A stretch of DNA of 64,000 nucleotides from Octopus sinensis (lineage: Eukaryota), in NCBI RefSeq assembly GCF_006345805.1, contig NC_042997.1, positions 184,636,001 through 184,700,000 of the forward strand. The letters run 5' to 3'. Positions within the stretch are counted from its first letter, which is position 1; each line of letters begins with the position of its first letter. The notes below the pieces were generated by a model that saw only the letters and a program-made list of their open reading frames with translations, was not told the DNA's origin and ran no database searches. Both the position numbers and the translations under genes were made by a program. Below, piece by piece: positions 1 to 14,623 of the stretch.

Positions 1-323
1 ATCTTGGCATCTTGTTGACAGTAGCATTATTAATATTTTTGTTGCTACTAGTAGATAATGTTTTAACATTAATCACAAATATAAATACAAACATTGGAAA
101 AACGAAAGAAATTATATATACGTGTGTGTGTGTGTGTGTGTATGTGTGTGTGTGAGCATATCTGTATATAAGTGTGTGTGGATGTGTGAATGTGTTTGCA
201 TTTCTTTGTATGTATATGTATATATAAAGTTTATAGGTTAAAGGAAAAAAATCTAAATGATAATGCACATAAAACAACATAAAACATCAACAAAAAGGGC
301 AAACACACGCAAAAACTATATAT

Positions 324-388
<65 letters not shown>

Positions 389-1010
389 TATATATATATA
401 TAATATATATATATATATATAATATATAAGAAAATATAAAACAAACACATTTTCGAGTCAGGGAAGAAATCAAACTCTCTCTCCTCGCTCCTCGGTATCG
501 CATCACATCCCATCCCACCTCGTGATTTGAGTAACCGAATATGGAGAAAATGGAAAAACGAAGACATTTTCAAAAATGAAAATAAAGAGTAAATAAGAAA
601 AAAAAAAAATGCGGAAAATGAAACAACAACAACAACAATGCAAATAACAGAATTTTTGCAATTTTAGATGTTTGCTTTATCCTTGTTACAATCACGTGCT
701 TTTTCTTGTGGCCGTAAGGGAGATATATAATTGCATTTTGGAAATTTCTAGAATGTTAGAAAAACAAGAATCTGTTCGTATTATTGATTGATAACAACTG
801 AAGCAAGAGAAAGGGTTACGTGTAGAATAAAAGAGTGTTATCGATTGGTTCGCCTTCATATGTATGTATGTATGCATGTACGTACGTACGTACGTACGTA
901 TGCATATATGTATGTACGTACGTTCGTATGCATGCATATATGTATGTACGTACGTACGTATGTATATATGTGTATATATTTACATGACTATGCTTGTATG
1001 CGTTCACGTT

Positions 1011-1051
<41 letters not shown>

Positions 1052-1403
1052 GCATATACATGTAAATTGTATGTTTGCAAGTATGTATAATTCATAAAGA
1101 CTGTGCACGGTGTATATGAAAAAATATATATGCGTTTAATATCAATGTATCTATACATACATGCATATATGTATATATCGAAAGCTAGCTAGACAAACAT
1201 TCGTGTGTATGAGTATAATGTTGATTGTTTTTATGTACATAATGATTGTATTGTATATTTATATGTAAATACAATTAAGTTTGAGAACCTCATCTCTCCA
1301 ACTCTCTTCTCTCTTTTCACTGTCATCCTTTTTCCTAATTCATCTCTTATGCCTTCCCTCTATATCTCAGTATTATCTCTTCCTTCTGTTTCTATGTGTG
1401 TAA

Positions 1404-1440
<37 letters not shown>

Positions 1441-1783
1441 AGTGCATAAATAGAAACATAAATGCCTAACATGAATGTGTATATTTGTGCGTAGTGTATA
1501 TTCGTTTGTGTATGAATGAACACTTTGTGCAACACACACGTATAATCACACACTCGCACACACATGTATTTTGTGTGTGTGTGTGTGTGTGTGCATGAAG
1601 GCACAGGCGGGCCTAGCTCTGTGCTAAGAGTTGTTCTTCCCAACCCCATGGTTTTGAGTTCAGTCCTACTTCGCGCGCCAAGTTGGGTAAGTGTTATCTA
1701 CTATACACTCTGACTGAGCACAGCCTTGTAAGAACATTTGGAAGTCGGAAAGTGACAAAAGACAGTCACCAGTTATACACACA

Positions 1784-1828
<45 letters not shown>

Positions 1829-2004
1829 ACACACACATATATATATTATATATATATATAAAGTTAATCCAAACATGACAACACAAAGAGAAAACACAAC
1901 AACGCGAGGACATGGAACAAATATAGTATTATTGGACACTTAAGAAGGAAGGGAAGACGGAGGAAAAAAATCGCCAACGGTACACACGCGGTCACATTTT
2001 AAAT

Positions 2005-2055
<51 letters not shown>

Positions 2056-2580
2056 ACAAAATGGGAGGAAGGGAAGTGGGACGAAACGACGAATCGAATC
2101 GACCCTGATGCGAACGCGCTGTCAGACAATAATGTAATAAATAAAATATATGCATGCATACAAACATATATGTACGTACCTACATCTACATGTATATATA
2201 CATGCATATATAAATATATATACGTGAGTACAGGACACTGCAACTAGACGTAGAACTCAACGAAAAACGAAAACGGACAAGCCATATTTTTACAACAAAA
2301 AAACAGAGACGAAACGAAAACGGGAAAAACATTAATTTTTACAACAGAAAAACAAGGTACAGGACAAACCACACAGGAAAAATCCCCAGTTCATCAGCTG
2401 TCTCTAGCTAACTCAAGCGTGTTTCGAAGGATAAAACAGGACACGACTCGTCAACTAGTCCTTCATTGCGAGAGAATTAAAATAAAATTGATATATAGTG
2501 ACAAAAATGGTAAGACAACAAAAGAAAGAAAGATACCACGATATTATGTAAATAGAGGAATTTATCTGTAAATTATTCGG

Positions 2581-2654
2581 TAGCCATGATAAAACTCCGA
2601 GTTTCGGATGTCGGGGCAGAAACCCACGCCGACATCTCTTCAGTTATCGGGCTA
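2581..2654 (-). ncRNA. Type I hammerhead ribozyme, near-intact
   Basis: Minus strand reads TAGCC-C-GATAA-CTGAAGA-GATGTCGG-loop-CCGACATC-C-GAAA-CTC(G)GAG-TT-TTATC-AT-GGCTA. Stem II is 8 bp with one extra C before GAAA, and stem I is extended. Confidence 0.7.
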
Positions 2655-2689
2655 TCAAAAAAAAAATGCTATCTTAGCATTTTTTCCGA

Positions 2690-2755
2690 TGGCCCGATAA
2701 CTGAAGAGTGGGTTTCCACCCCGACATCCGAAACTCGGAGTTTTATGATGGCTAC
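2690..2755 (+). ncRNA. Inverted second copy of the same hammerhead, with a stem II deletion
   Basis: GATAA-CTGAAGA-G...CCGACATCC-GAAA-CTCGGAG-TT-TTAT. About 9 nt of the 5' strand of stem II are deleted relative to the minus-strand copy. Confidence 0.5.
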
Positions 2756-3464
2756 TGAATAATTGTCACATATTATATTTACACACACACACACAAACAT
2801 ACATACATACATACATACATAACACACAAAGACACACCTTTATATCTCTATTTGTGCGCGCGCGTGTGTGTGCGTTTTTGTCCTCCAGAACTGCTTGACA
2901 AAATTTGTTAGTTTGTTTACTTCCTCCTAGTCGTTCAGATACATATGGATTATGTAGCAGTCTTAATTAAGTATTGGGTTGTTACTTTCGAGTGAAATCC
3001 TTCAAAGCAGTGTCCCACCGTATCTACAGTCCAACGCTGAAACAAGTCAAAGATACATATATCTAAGGTACAGGGACGTAACAACACCAACATCGCCTAT
3101 CAAGCGGTGATGGAGACAAACACGGAATCAAAGACATTTGCACACTCACACATACACGACGGGCTTCTTTAAGTTTCAGCCTTCAAATCCCCTCGCTCAA
3201 AGTACTACGCAGTGGGACTGAACCCGGAACCGCGTGGTTGGGAAGCAAGCTTCTTACAAAACACCAAATAGCTGCGCCTATATATATACATATATATATA
3301 TATATATAAGATAAGAGGAAAAAATGTATCAGAAAGGAACTCTATCTCTCTTAAAAAAACATCTTTTGATAAGCATAACAAATGCGCAACCGGTAAAAAG
3401 AACTTTTCACCTAATTAAATTACTTAAATTACTTAAATTATTTTGTCAGCATTTTCTTCATTTC

Positions 3465-3509
<45 letters not shown>

Positions 3510-4237
3510 GAATATATACATACCTATAACACACACGCACACATATATATATATATATATATCCAATTCAGGATCACAGCATATATGTACACTACAACAT
3601 AATTTCTTTTCCTCAACAGGCCCTGCCCTATTTATTATTGATCCGAAAGAGATCAAAGAGGAAAAGGATCCCATCAATTTTATACGGAGTCTGGATAGAT
3701 TGATTTAAACAGGATTTAGCTAATCATATCAGGTGGTGCTATTAAGTTAGATATGGTCTGGACCAATATTTGGTCGAAACATATCTAAGTTTATCTAAGT
3801 TTATATATTTGTATATTAATAATGGTAATAATACTTCTTTATTTAAATTTATACTGGTTCACGATTTGTTTTGAATGTCGCGGGTACGTTTAAAGAAAAC
3901 AACGCACACGAAGTAATGTGATGAATATTTCAGAAATAGATGTTAAAAATGTTATCTTCGACAGACGAGCTGAGTGTATGGTTTTCATACAAAGGGCGAG
4001 ATCAATTCATATTAAAATATACACTCCTTACTTATGTATTCCACGTAAGGTAAGCTTGTTTCTCATATGCTCAATGCATTGCCCGTGTATATCCTAATAG
4101 TGGGTTATTCGTGGCATTGAATCGATACTCTGATTATATCAAGTGATATTTAAATGCCCTACTGTATCTGAATTTAGCTTATATTTCGCCTGTAAAGATG
4201 TAAACTTGCTAGCCACCTTATTATTATTAATTAAGGT

Positions 4238-4309
<72 letters not shown>

Positions 4310-4314
4310 GTATG

Positions 4315-4349
<35 letters not shown>

Positions 4350-4794
4350 CACACATTTAAATATACATACACTCCTACGTATATACACACACACACACGT
4401 GCACACGTACATACACATATTCATCCTTATATCTATGTTTTCTTTTGATAGTTACTTCGAATATCTATAAATCTATATCGATCGAAACGTGAATGTACAT
4501 CCAGACACATTTTCAGGATTATACTGACATGAACACATCCATGTGCATATGCACATACATCCAGTGTCAAGCACAGACGTGCACACATACGGACGTAGTA
4601 ACACTGATTAACATATATAAGATATACGTATGTTGTGTGTGTGTACACATACACACATTTGTCCGTTTGTATATACATGCATGTATATATATGTGTGTGT
4701 ATATATATATATGTGTATATATATATATAATATATATATATATATATGCATATATATTTATACATATATGTATACATATAGAACTGCACACCAC

Positions 4795-4868
<74 letters not shown>

Positions 4869-5253
4869 CAATAATTCGTTCAATACGTAATGTTTGTCTT
4901 AGTACATACCAGATTTACTTGAGTTTAACTCCTGTTCTGTATAACAAAGCATGCCTATATCGGAATTTATACATACATTCATGCATGCATGAATGTATAC
5001 ATTCATACATACATACATACATACATACATACATACATACATTCATACATACATACATACATGCACGCACACCACACACACACACACACACACACATATA
5101 CTGATGTGCAATCATACACACGTTATATGCATATATTATGTATGCGTATATCTATGTGCGTGTATGCGTGTGTGTGCATGTGTGTGTATGTATATATAAA
5201 TAGATAGATAAATAAATCGATGGAAAGATAGATAAGTAGATAGGTAGATTGAT

Positions 5254-5273
5254 AGACAGACAGACAGACAGAC

Positions 5274-5362
<89 letters not shown>
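5254..5362. repeat. (GACA)n(GATA)n microsatellite
   Basis: Read directly. A similar (TATC)n tract lies at 62317-62412. Confidence 0.95.
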
Positions 5363-7635
5363 TAGACACATCATTTGGCCCACGTATTGATTCGCTAGAT
5401 ATAAACGTAAAATAATATCATGAATACGTAGCATATAGCGATGTCTTCAATTAGATCCTGTCCTCAAAGCTAAGTTTCACAGAGTTCCCAAGCGACTTCC
5501 TCTGTTTTTTTGCCTATTTCTACTAGAGTTATATCGCTTGATATATTGTTTTAACTTAGAACGAATACAATTTTTTTTTTGAAATATAGAATTTAGCAAA
5601 CGCAGATTGTACATCATTGTAATTTACAACCAAGTATTTTTACAGGAAAAGTTTTCAATTGTATTTAAGAGAATGGCAGCAATGACATACAATAATATAT
5701 AAAATATATTGTGTGTATTTCCTCTATTTTAAAATGGCGTCTTTGTTGACTGACTTCCTTCACATTTTTACTGTCCAACATATTTGGTTAGTTTTATTTG
5801 TTTCTTAATCAAGATAAATTCTCAATTTAGATAACTGGACGACAGTTCTGCTCTAGGGTTGTTTGTATTTTCGTAGTCATGCCTAAACCGACAGCACTGA
5901 TAACAGAACTGTTTAATTGGCACGACTAATTTGACACATAGAAACGCCCTTTCAGCTTGATATTAGTTAAAGGAAATATTAAACATAAATTATTTGACAA
6001 ACGGCCGAAAGTATTTTACGATTGGTTATAGCAACGATAGTTTAATTAAAACTGTTTTCTGTCATAGTAAAAAATATAAAATAAATATGATATAAATTAG
6101 ACCACTAGTTTTTATTGTTTTGTAACATTTTTGTAAACTCAGACGAGTTGATTAAACTCAACCATTGCATTGCTAGTACTATGTTATATAACGTAGTACC
6201 AGTAATATACTATGTACAATTCAAAAACGTCGGGCTCGGCTGTTGAGTTACATTGAGTTAATTAAAAGTGCAACTGAATGAATGACATTTGATTGCGCAG
6301 ACAGGAATGGTACAGTTTCGCAAAATATGATGAGCGATGGACAATGTCCACAGATGAGATTCATAAGTGATTCAGATGTCAAGCACAGATGAAGGCTTTG
6401 GTTTCGACTAAGTTCTCAGGATGAAAAGACCAATAGCGTGTGATATACTAGTCCAAATTTACTGTGTATGCACTGATCTGCGAAACTACAGATACCGTAA
6501 TGGTGGCTACACGCCTTCATTAATAAATGATGTGGTGTTTTTTCTTCTTTTAGCTATTTTAATCAGCAATGAAACATTAGTTTCAAATTTTGGCACAAGG
6601 CCAGCAATTTTTGAGAAGGGGAGTAAATTAATTGCATTGACCCTGGAGTTCAACTGATACTTATTTTATCGACCGCGAAATTATGAAAGGCAAACTTAAC
6701 CTCGGCAGAATTTGATCTCAATGAGCAATGAAATATTAAAAGCTGTTGCTTTTAATTGCCAGAATTCTGAGATTCAGGAGAACGGTAGCCTATGAATATA
6801 TACTGGGATAAGTGTCATATTTATGCATTATTTAAAGCTGTCTATACCTTATTCTTACTCTATATCTGCGAATGAAATAGTTGTGCATTTAAGGAGTGCA
6901 AATTTTGGTGGTGTAAGGAATCAAAATGGTATCAGTTGTTCACTTAGCAGGGCTTCGAGTACATCAAAGGTAACGCACATTTTTTGAAACTCCAAATATA
7001 ATGCAAAACTCCAATAGTTGAATTTCACTGAGGTGGACAGTTTTTATATATGCGTGTGTATGTGCTTGCGTATTCATGTATGTGCGTGCAAGTGTTTTAT
7101 AGTACTTAATCTCAAACTGTACACACCGCTGACAGACTGGTACTTCCATTATAATTGTTTAAAGCCTACATTAAACGTATACTTGAAAACGTTTGAACAA
7201 AGACGAATGAGTTGAACAGGCTGAAGTAGGAGTGGTGCGAGGAGTAGATTCTGCTGTTATAACAACAGAAAACAGAGAGAGAGAGGAAACTGCTAATCTG
7301 AGACACTAAGTTTGGGCTGTGTTGGGGGAGCAATTTCATAACAAACATTATGGTGATCTTTCTTTCTTAAGGTCGGTTTAAGGAAGCTGTGTGTAGTAGC
7401 GGTACCATCCAAGATGTGGAAACGGTCATCCATTGTGAGTATCAGCTGTTGAAATACGAAACATTTCTCTGGCTCCCTAAGAGGGAGCCAGAGAAATGAT
7501 TGAGGAAGTGCGTATGCCAGGAAAGGTCTTCATTTGTAGCGATTGTGAGTGTTCGAGTTTAGTGGAGTTAACATTTGTGCGTATTTTTGCGCGCTCGTGC
7601 CTTTTTTGTGTCTGAGATGATTATCTTTGTGCTAT

Positions 7636-7811
7636 GGAGTGGCTGTGTGCCGTAGGAGTGGCTGTGTGGTCAATAGCTTGCTTACGAACCACATGGTTCG
7701 GAATTCAGTCCCACTGCGTGGCACCTTGGGCGAGTGCCTTCTACTATAGCCTCGGGTCCACCAAAGCCTTGTGAGAGGATTTCGTAGACGGAAACTGAAA
7801 GAAGCCCGTCG

Positions 7812-7850
<39 letters not shown>

Positions 7851-8066
7851 ATGTGCTTGTGTGTCTGTGTTTGTCCCCCCAACATCGCTTGACAACCGAT
7901 GCTGGTGTGTTTACATCCACGTAACTTAGCGGTTCGGCAAAAGGGACCGATAGAATAAGTACTAGGCTTACAAAGAATAAGTCCTGGGGTCGATTTGCTC
8001 GACTAAAGGCGGTGCTCCAGTATGGCCGCAGTCAAATGACTGAAACAAGTAAGAAAGTAAAAGAGT
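7636..8066 (+). mobile_element. tRNA-derived SINE family A (internal microsatellite), with a duplicated 5' end
   Basis: A box/B box head GGAGTGGCTGTGTGG...TTCAGTCCC, internal (TA)/(TG) tract and tail CAGTCAAATGACTGAAACAAGT. Several copies occur in the window. Confidence 0.9.
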
Positions 8067-10235
8067 ATGAAAGTAGACAAGATTAGTATTGTCTCGTTGG
8101 GAAATTTTTCTAGCTCTATGCTCATGACGTTACTGAAGCTTTAGGGGTTGACATCTCAGAAAATACATTCAGGCAAGAATGTAGGATGGTATCATTCAAA
8201 TACGAAAGGGTACGGTTATTGTAAACTGACAACATGTACTTCTATGATATATATGACGAAGGGTGGGGGCGAATGTGAGTTAGAGAGTGAAAGACGTAGA
8301 TGCCTACCTTCTGCTTTTCAGCCTCGTTCACTACAAATCCTCTTTCAGTACAGCCAACAGACAGATAAAAAACCGCCGGCCCTTTCCGGCCAAAGAAAAG
8401 CGGCGAAAATATCTCAACAATGAACTCAGATAGTAGCCAGATCCGTACAACGTGTGGTAGCAGCTATTCGACATAATCCTACAAGTTAGCAAAGTTCGGG
8501 TACCGGAGGAGTGCGTATAGAATGTATCCCTTCTACAAAACTGGAAGAGCAGTTGCTCATCTCCGGTTAGACGTGAACTACAGCTATGCATGACGGCCAG
8601 TCACTAATCGAAGATAGAAGCAATGTAGGCCTTCGCTCTCTCTACCGAACATTTTAGAGACAACTTCTTCTCGGTCCATTTCTGAGTGACATTACAATCT
8701 GTTCGTTACTACGTTTCAGTTCTTCAACATTTGGAAATATGGCCCAGAATAATTTTACCAGTCTGATCACCTGTCCACTGGTCCTCGATTAGAGGAACAG
8801 CATAGATTTGCCTCTCGTGGTGCAGCGCTGGAGTTTCAGCGACTTTCTTGCTTATTGTTTTACTCCTTAGGATAGAGCACTTGCTCTAAAAGGGTGAGAT
8901 CTTTAGAGCTCTTTGACTGGTCCATGGTCAACCTTGACCATGGACGAGCTAGGATCGCTAGAATAACCATACATATTCTGCACCAAAAGAACCCTGTCAC
9001 TCTGAATTATTTGTCTATTATGTATGTTTTTCCTCACTCCATTCTGTTTTCTTTCGATCTTTGTATAAGCCACACCACTACTCTTTATACTATCGGTTCC
9101 TTACGTCTTAAGTTCAAATGCCACCGATGTAAACTTTGCTTTTCATCCTTGAGGGAAAGATAAAATAGAGTAATTGTCAAGTACTGGAGTCAATGGTATC
9201 GATCTCCCTTCCATAATAATTGCCAGCCTTGTACCTAAATTATAACCATTATTATGTATTTTGCATTTTGTATTAAGACTATTCTACATATGTGCCATGC
9301 ATCTGTAATGCTTAGTGTTTAAAGCACATATAATAATTTCCTGTTTTCACTTTTATTCTACTCATTTGTTTTCTCAGTTCTTTATATTTATGTAATTTAT
9401 CCAATTTTGTTAGGAATACATTATTTTCTCTTGGGTTAAATAATCAGTCAGAAGGAACTTCCTTTCATGACAATCCAAGTTTGACACATTTACGATTCTC
9501 TGAGATATCTTCTGATGTATGTTTATACCGTCTCTTTACGATTGGTGTTTCATAATTCTGGCATAATTTACATTATATGAAACCTCCAGCCTCGTCATGT
9601 CTTTATTTAAATTTTCTCTTGGTTAACACCAGGCCACCTGAGACAATATAATTTATTGCTTCTACTTATCTTACACACATCCTGCAGTTAATTTATTCCG
9701 CATCGCTATATACCCTTGGTAGTTTCTAACGTATATTTCAGAATTGTGCCAAAAATAAAATGAATCCAGTATCATTTGTGTGTCCTCCACTTAAATATTA
9801 AATATTAGATATTCGCAGTATAGAAGTTTTTCTTTGTCATAGTCTTAGAGTGTCATTCCCTAGTCTTATTGTTATCTGATGTTTTAGTCTTCTTTTTTCA
9901 GCAATTTGTGATGTTTCTCCATTCACAGTTATCTATCTTTTATTTCTTAATCGCTTCAATTATTGGACTGCAGCTATGTTGGTACAACCTCTTAAAAGGT
10001 TTTCATCTAACAAATCGACTCTCGTGTTTATTTTTAGTGTGGCAATTATTCTATCTGTTTATTTTCCCCGAATCGCCATGTTACAGGCACATAAACAAAC
10101 CAGCACTGGTTGCTAAGTGGTGGGAAAACAGACATAGATATACACACCTATAAACGCACGCATGCGCGCGCAAACTCACACACTCACACGCTTACACACT
10201 CACATGCTTACACGCTGACACATATGCATATAGAA

Positions 10236-10591
10236 GTTTTAGTCGAATGAATCGACCCAAGTATTTATTTTTTAAGCCTGGCAATTATTAATTCGGTACC
10301 CTTTGCCAAACAAGTTTGTTACTGGGACGTAAACACATCAACACCGGTTGTCAAGCGGTAATGAAGGGACAGACACAGACAAAAAACACTCATGCACACA
10401 TACACACACACACATATATAAATATGCATACTACAGGCTACTTTCAGTTTCCGTCTACCAAATCCACTCACAAAGCTTTGGTCAGCCTGGGGCTATCGTA
10501 AAAAAAACACTTGCCCAAGTGCCACGCATTGGAACTAAACCCAGAACCATATGGTTGGGACGTAAGCTAATTACCGCACAGCCACTCCTGC
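10236..10591 (-). mobile_element. SINE family A (older copy)
   Basis: Diverged match to family A. Confidence 0.75.
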
Positions 10592-10927
10592 CACTATACA
10601 TATATAAAATATATATGTATATTTGTTTATAGTGATCAAATGTATGTGCTGTGCATTAGCTTAATCTCTCCATCAAATTGAAGTTGCTTGAACACGTGTA
10701 CGGAGTTCCACGCGTCAGGCGCCGAAGTGATCGCAGAGTAACGTGAGAGGAAGTTCTTTGCTCAAGAACACAATGCACCACTCTGTCTGAGAATTGAAGC
10801 CATGATCTCCCAATCGCGAGTGCAACTGCCTAACCACTAGGACCTTGCGCCCTAAATAAATGTATATATATATATATTATATATGTATTGTATGTATCCA
10901 CATTCACACAGACACACATACACACAC

Positions 10928-12755
10928 ATATATATAAAAGTCAGGTTGTGTGTGTGTGTAAACCTGCATAACTTTTGAAGTTCACAACTGATTTTCTTCA
11001 AATTGGGACATACCTTACTTATATTCCAGAGATGGTTTTAGACTCTTAAAATTTTCCCCATAATGAGTAACAGGTCCTCTGGGAGCAGAAAACAACTTTT
11101 CCTGGGTTGCATGGAGAAGGAACTCTTGGCGAAGTAACTTTCAGAAATTGATTGTGTTCCTTGCATCCAACGTGATAAATCTGCTGAATATTTTTCACCT
11201 TTTTAAAATATTGATATTAATTAATTTTTTGTCGACATTTAATTATTTGCATAATCGCGTCATTTCAGTTCATTGTATGTATTTCTTGAAAATTTGATTA
11301 GATATTGATATTATTTACCTTTTTTATTGTCATTTTGTTATTAACGTACGTTTGTCATGTTATTTTATTACATCATATTTCTTGACATAATGTCTCCAAA
11401 GTGGAGATCCTCCATTGGTCGAAAAATTATCACAATATCAATTGGCTGTGTGTAAAAATAATACTGGCGCCAAAAAGACAGTACTGTAATTAAAATTAAT
11501 GAGCAGCTGCTACAGTACCTTCCTGGAAGTTTTCACATTTATAAGTCAGTTGATACTATCCCAAATCCTGAAGAAGTGGTAATTATCCAACAGAGTTTCT
11601 CAATTCATTGGAGCCTCTACGACTACCTCTCCACAGATTGGAACTTAAAGTGGGGACCCCGGTATTATTGAGAAATTTAGATCCACCTACGCTCTACAAT
11701 GGGACACATCTGGTGGTAAAAAAGATGGTGCCACATGGTACTGAGGCCACCATTCTCTCTGGATGTGGAAAAGGCTAGGATATTTTCATACCCAGGATTC
11801 CTCTCATTCCATCCGGAGCAGAAATTCCTTTGTCATTCAGATGTGTGCAATTTGCTATTCGTATCAGCTTCGTAATATCGATTAATAAATCCCAGGGTCA
11901 AACACTGTCTGTGGTAGGAATTCACATGGAAGAGCTGTGCTTCTCACACGGGCAATTATATGTTGCCTTCTCTAGAGCGGGGAGCAAAATAATTCTACTT
12001 GCATTTGTTCCACAAGGAAAAAAAAAAGAATATTTTTTACCAAAAGGTTTTGTAGGAATTACTGCATCCTATGATGCGCTCCATATCTACACACTTTGTA
12101 AATGATGAAGATGGATACCATTCCGGCATAATACCAGCAAACCTGCAGACTACACCAACAAAGCAGTTTCCTGCATGGATTTCAGTATCAAAGCATATTC
12201 TCCGATTACTTCCACCAACCACAAGGTAAGCCATTACGCCTTATTTTTTCAAGTAATTCATTATTACATATTCACATATGACTGCATAGGCTCAGTTTAT
12301 ATATTTTACTCTACAGCCACAACAGTAATCCAATGTTAACTCCTCGCCTTCAGCAACATTTCAACAGTTCACTTGCCCGTTCACGTCTCCCATTGCCCCT
12401 TTCCGAAATGTACCCATTTACGAACAATATCTCCATTACACCTATATTCATTCGACTATCAGCCGTTCGACGGATTGGGTTAGACAGCGCCGACCGCTGC
12501 AAAGGAGAGTATATTCACTGCCATCTTTTCAGTGCGGTCAAACACCACATACCCCAATTTTCCATGACAGATTAGGGCCTGAAATCCTACAAACGGACGC
12601 ATGATATGTCGATTAGTCGAATTAGCCCATCATTTACTCCACAAATGTTTTGTAGTCAATGCTGCATTTTCCCGTATCACATGTTTCAACATAGCTGTAA
12701 TATATATACAAGCTACGCCATTTTAAGCCCGAGTATCGGTGGCTATATCTGCTAG
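10928..12755 (+). mobile_element. Internally deleted Helitron
   Basis: The 5' TATATAAAAGTCAGGTTG(TG)n resembles non-autonomous Helitron ends. The 3' end has an AGCC...GGCT hairpin followed by CTAG|T at 12752-12756, and PIF1 helicase remnants lie inside. Confidence 0.75.
11440..12025 (+). pseudogene. Helitron RepHel PIF1-family helicase C-terminal fragment (frameshifted)
   Basis: Translates to ILAPK..., NYPTEFLNSLEP...HRLELKVGTPV-LLRNLDPPTLYNGT..., FIPRIPLIPS, SINKSQGQTL and CFSHGQLYVAFSR, with a stop and frameshifts. Confidence 0.92.
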
Positions 12756-13139
12756 TATGTATGTATGTATGTATGTATGTATGTATGTATGTATGTATGT
12801 ATGTATGTATGTATGTATGTATGTATGTATGCATGTACGTATGTATGCATACATGTATATATTTATGTATGTACGCATACATGTATATATGTATGTGCGT
12901 ATGTATGTATACATCTATATATGTATGTGCGTATGTATACATCTATATATATATGTATGTATGTATGTACGTATGTATGTATACATGTATGTTTGCATGT
13001 ATGGATGTAATCTATGTGTCCATGCATACACACACATATATATGTGTGTAAATATGTATCTTTCTAATGTATGCACGTAAACATACATATATATATACAT
13101 AGATACATATATGCATGTATATATATATATGTATATATA

Positions 13140-13183
<44 letters not shown>

Positions 13184-13236
13184 CTGTGTGTGTGTGTATA
13201 TATATGTGTGTGTGTGAATTTCTTTCTCTGTCTGTT

Positions 13237-13273
<37 letters not shown>

Positions 13274-13290
13274 GTATATATATATATAAG
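12755..13290. repeat. Compound (TATG)n/(TA)n/(TG)n/(TC)n microsatellite field
   Basis: Representative of dozens of such fields, e.g. 317-428, 859-1050, 4240-5200, 13700-14355, 56810-57120 and 58330-58570. Confidence 0.95.
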
Positions 13291-14039
13291 GAGAAAAGAA
13301 TGTAAAGGTATGAGTAAGAGAAGTCAGAAAGATAGAGAGATTATGGGAATGAGTGAATGAATGAATGAATGAGTGAGGAAGTGAATAAGAGAGCGAGAGA
13401 AAAAGACACAGATATTTACATTTACATATGTAAGCATGCAAGTGTGAATACATTATGTACGTAGGATGCCCGCGAACACACACACAAATAAGCACTAGAA
13501 ACGTTAGCGACATCGCTTCCACAGCAAACAGGAATTTGAGATGTGTTGTCGCTAGGACGACAACACATCTCAAATTCTATCGTGCACATGCGCTGGGAAA
13601 ACGGAAGGAATTGAAGAAAGGAAGTGGCTCTCTCTCTCACTCACTCACTTTCACTTTCACACTATCTCTTCTTCTCATACATAATTGCACATTTATTTAA
13701 ATAAGCATATATATATATATATATATATATAATATTTTTGTAAACGTATAGATATATATATGTATACAGGAATACATACATACACACTTACACATACATG
13801 TTTATATATGTATATATGTACATGTGTATATATTTTATACATACATACATATATATATGTGTGTGTGTATGAATGTATATACCATGTATGTACTTATCTA
13901 AGCATAAATATGTGGGGGGGGCTGTCTATGTATGTATATATAAAATATATACACATGTACATATATACATACATAAACATGTATGTGTAAGTGTGTATGT
14001 ATGTATTCCTGTATACATATATATTTATACGTTTACAAA

Positions 14040-14090
<51 letters not shown>

Positions 14091-14309
14091 CATGCACACA
14101 CATTTGGTTTTGTATTTGGTTTGCTAGATTCTTTACATGAATTTGTCAATGAATGTCGAAGGGGTTGCAAGAAACAACGAAAGTTTTAGAAAGAATAAAT
14201 AAGTAAATGAGTGGAAATCCAACCGCTGTGTTAATTAATAAAGCATTAAAACAGAATGACCCTCCCTAGACACAATACAATACGATATATATATATATAT
14301 AATATATAT

Positions 14310-14358
<49 letters not shown>

Positions 14359-14586
14359 AACTAATTAGGGTGAGAAAATTGGATACTAATTTAATAGTAC
14401 CATCAATTTAACACCAAGTGGCTTAGTGCATAAAAACCGGGAATACAATAAATTTCATACGTAAATATAAGAGAGTGACCACTATGTGGTCGACTCTAGC
14501 ACTAAAAATAGATCCGCTACGGTTTAGCCACGAAGAATTGTTTCCGATGAAAGTTAGCACAACTTTATGTGTGTGTGTGTGTGTGT

Positions 14587-14623
<37 letters not shown>

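Noticed and set aside
2385-2432. Minus-strand GAAA...CTGATGA resembling a type II hammerhead
   Set aside because: Stems I and II do not pair convincingly in this copy.
7156-7360. Possible solo LTR (TG...CA followed by TGG)
   Set aside because: No second LTR, TSD or convincing primer-binding site.
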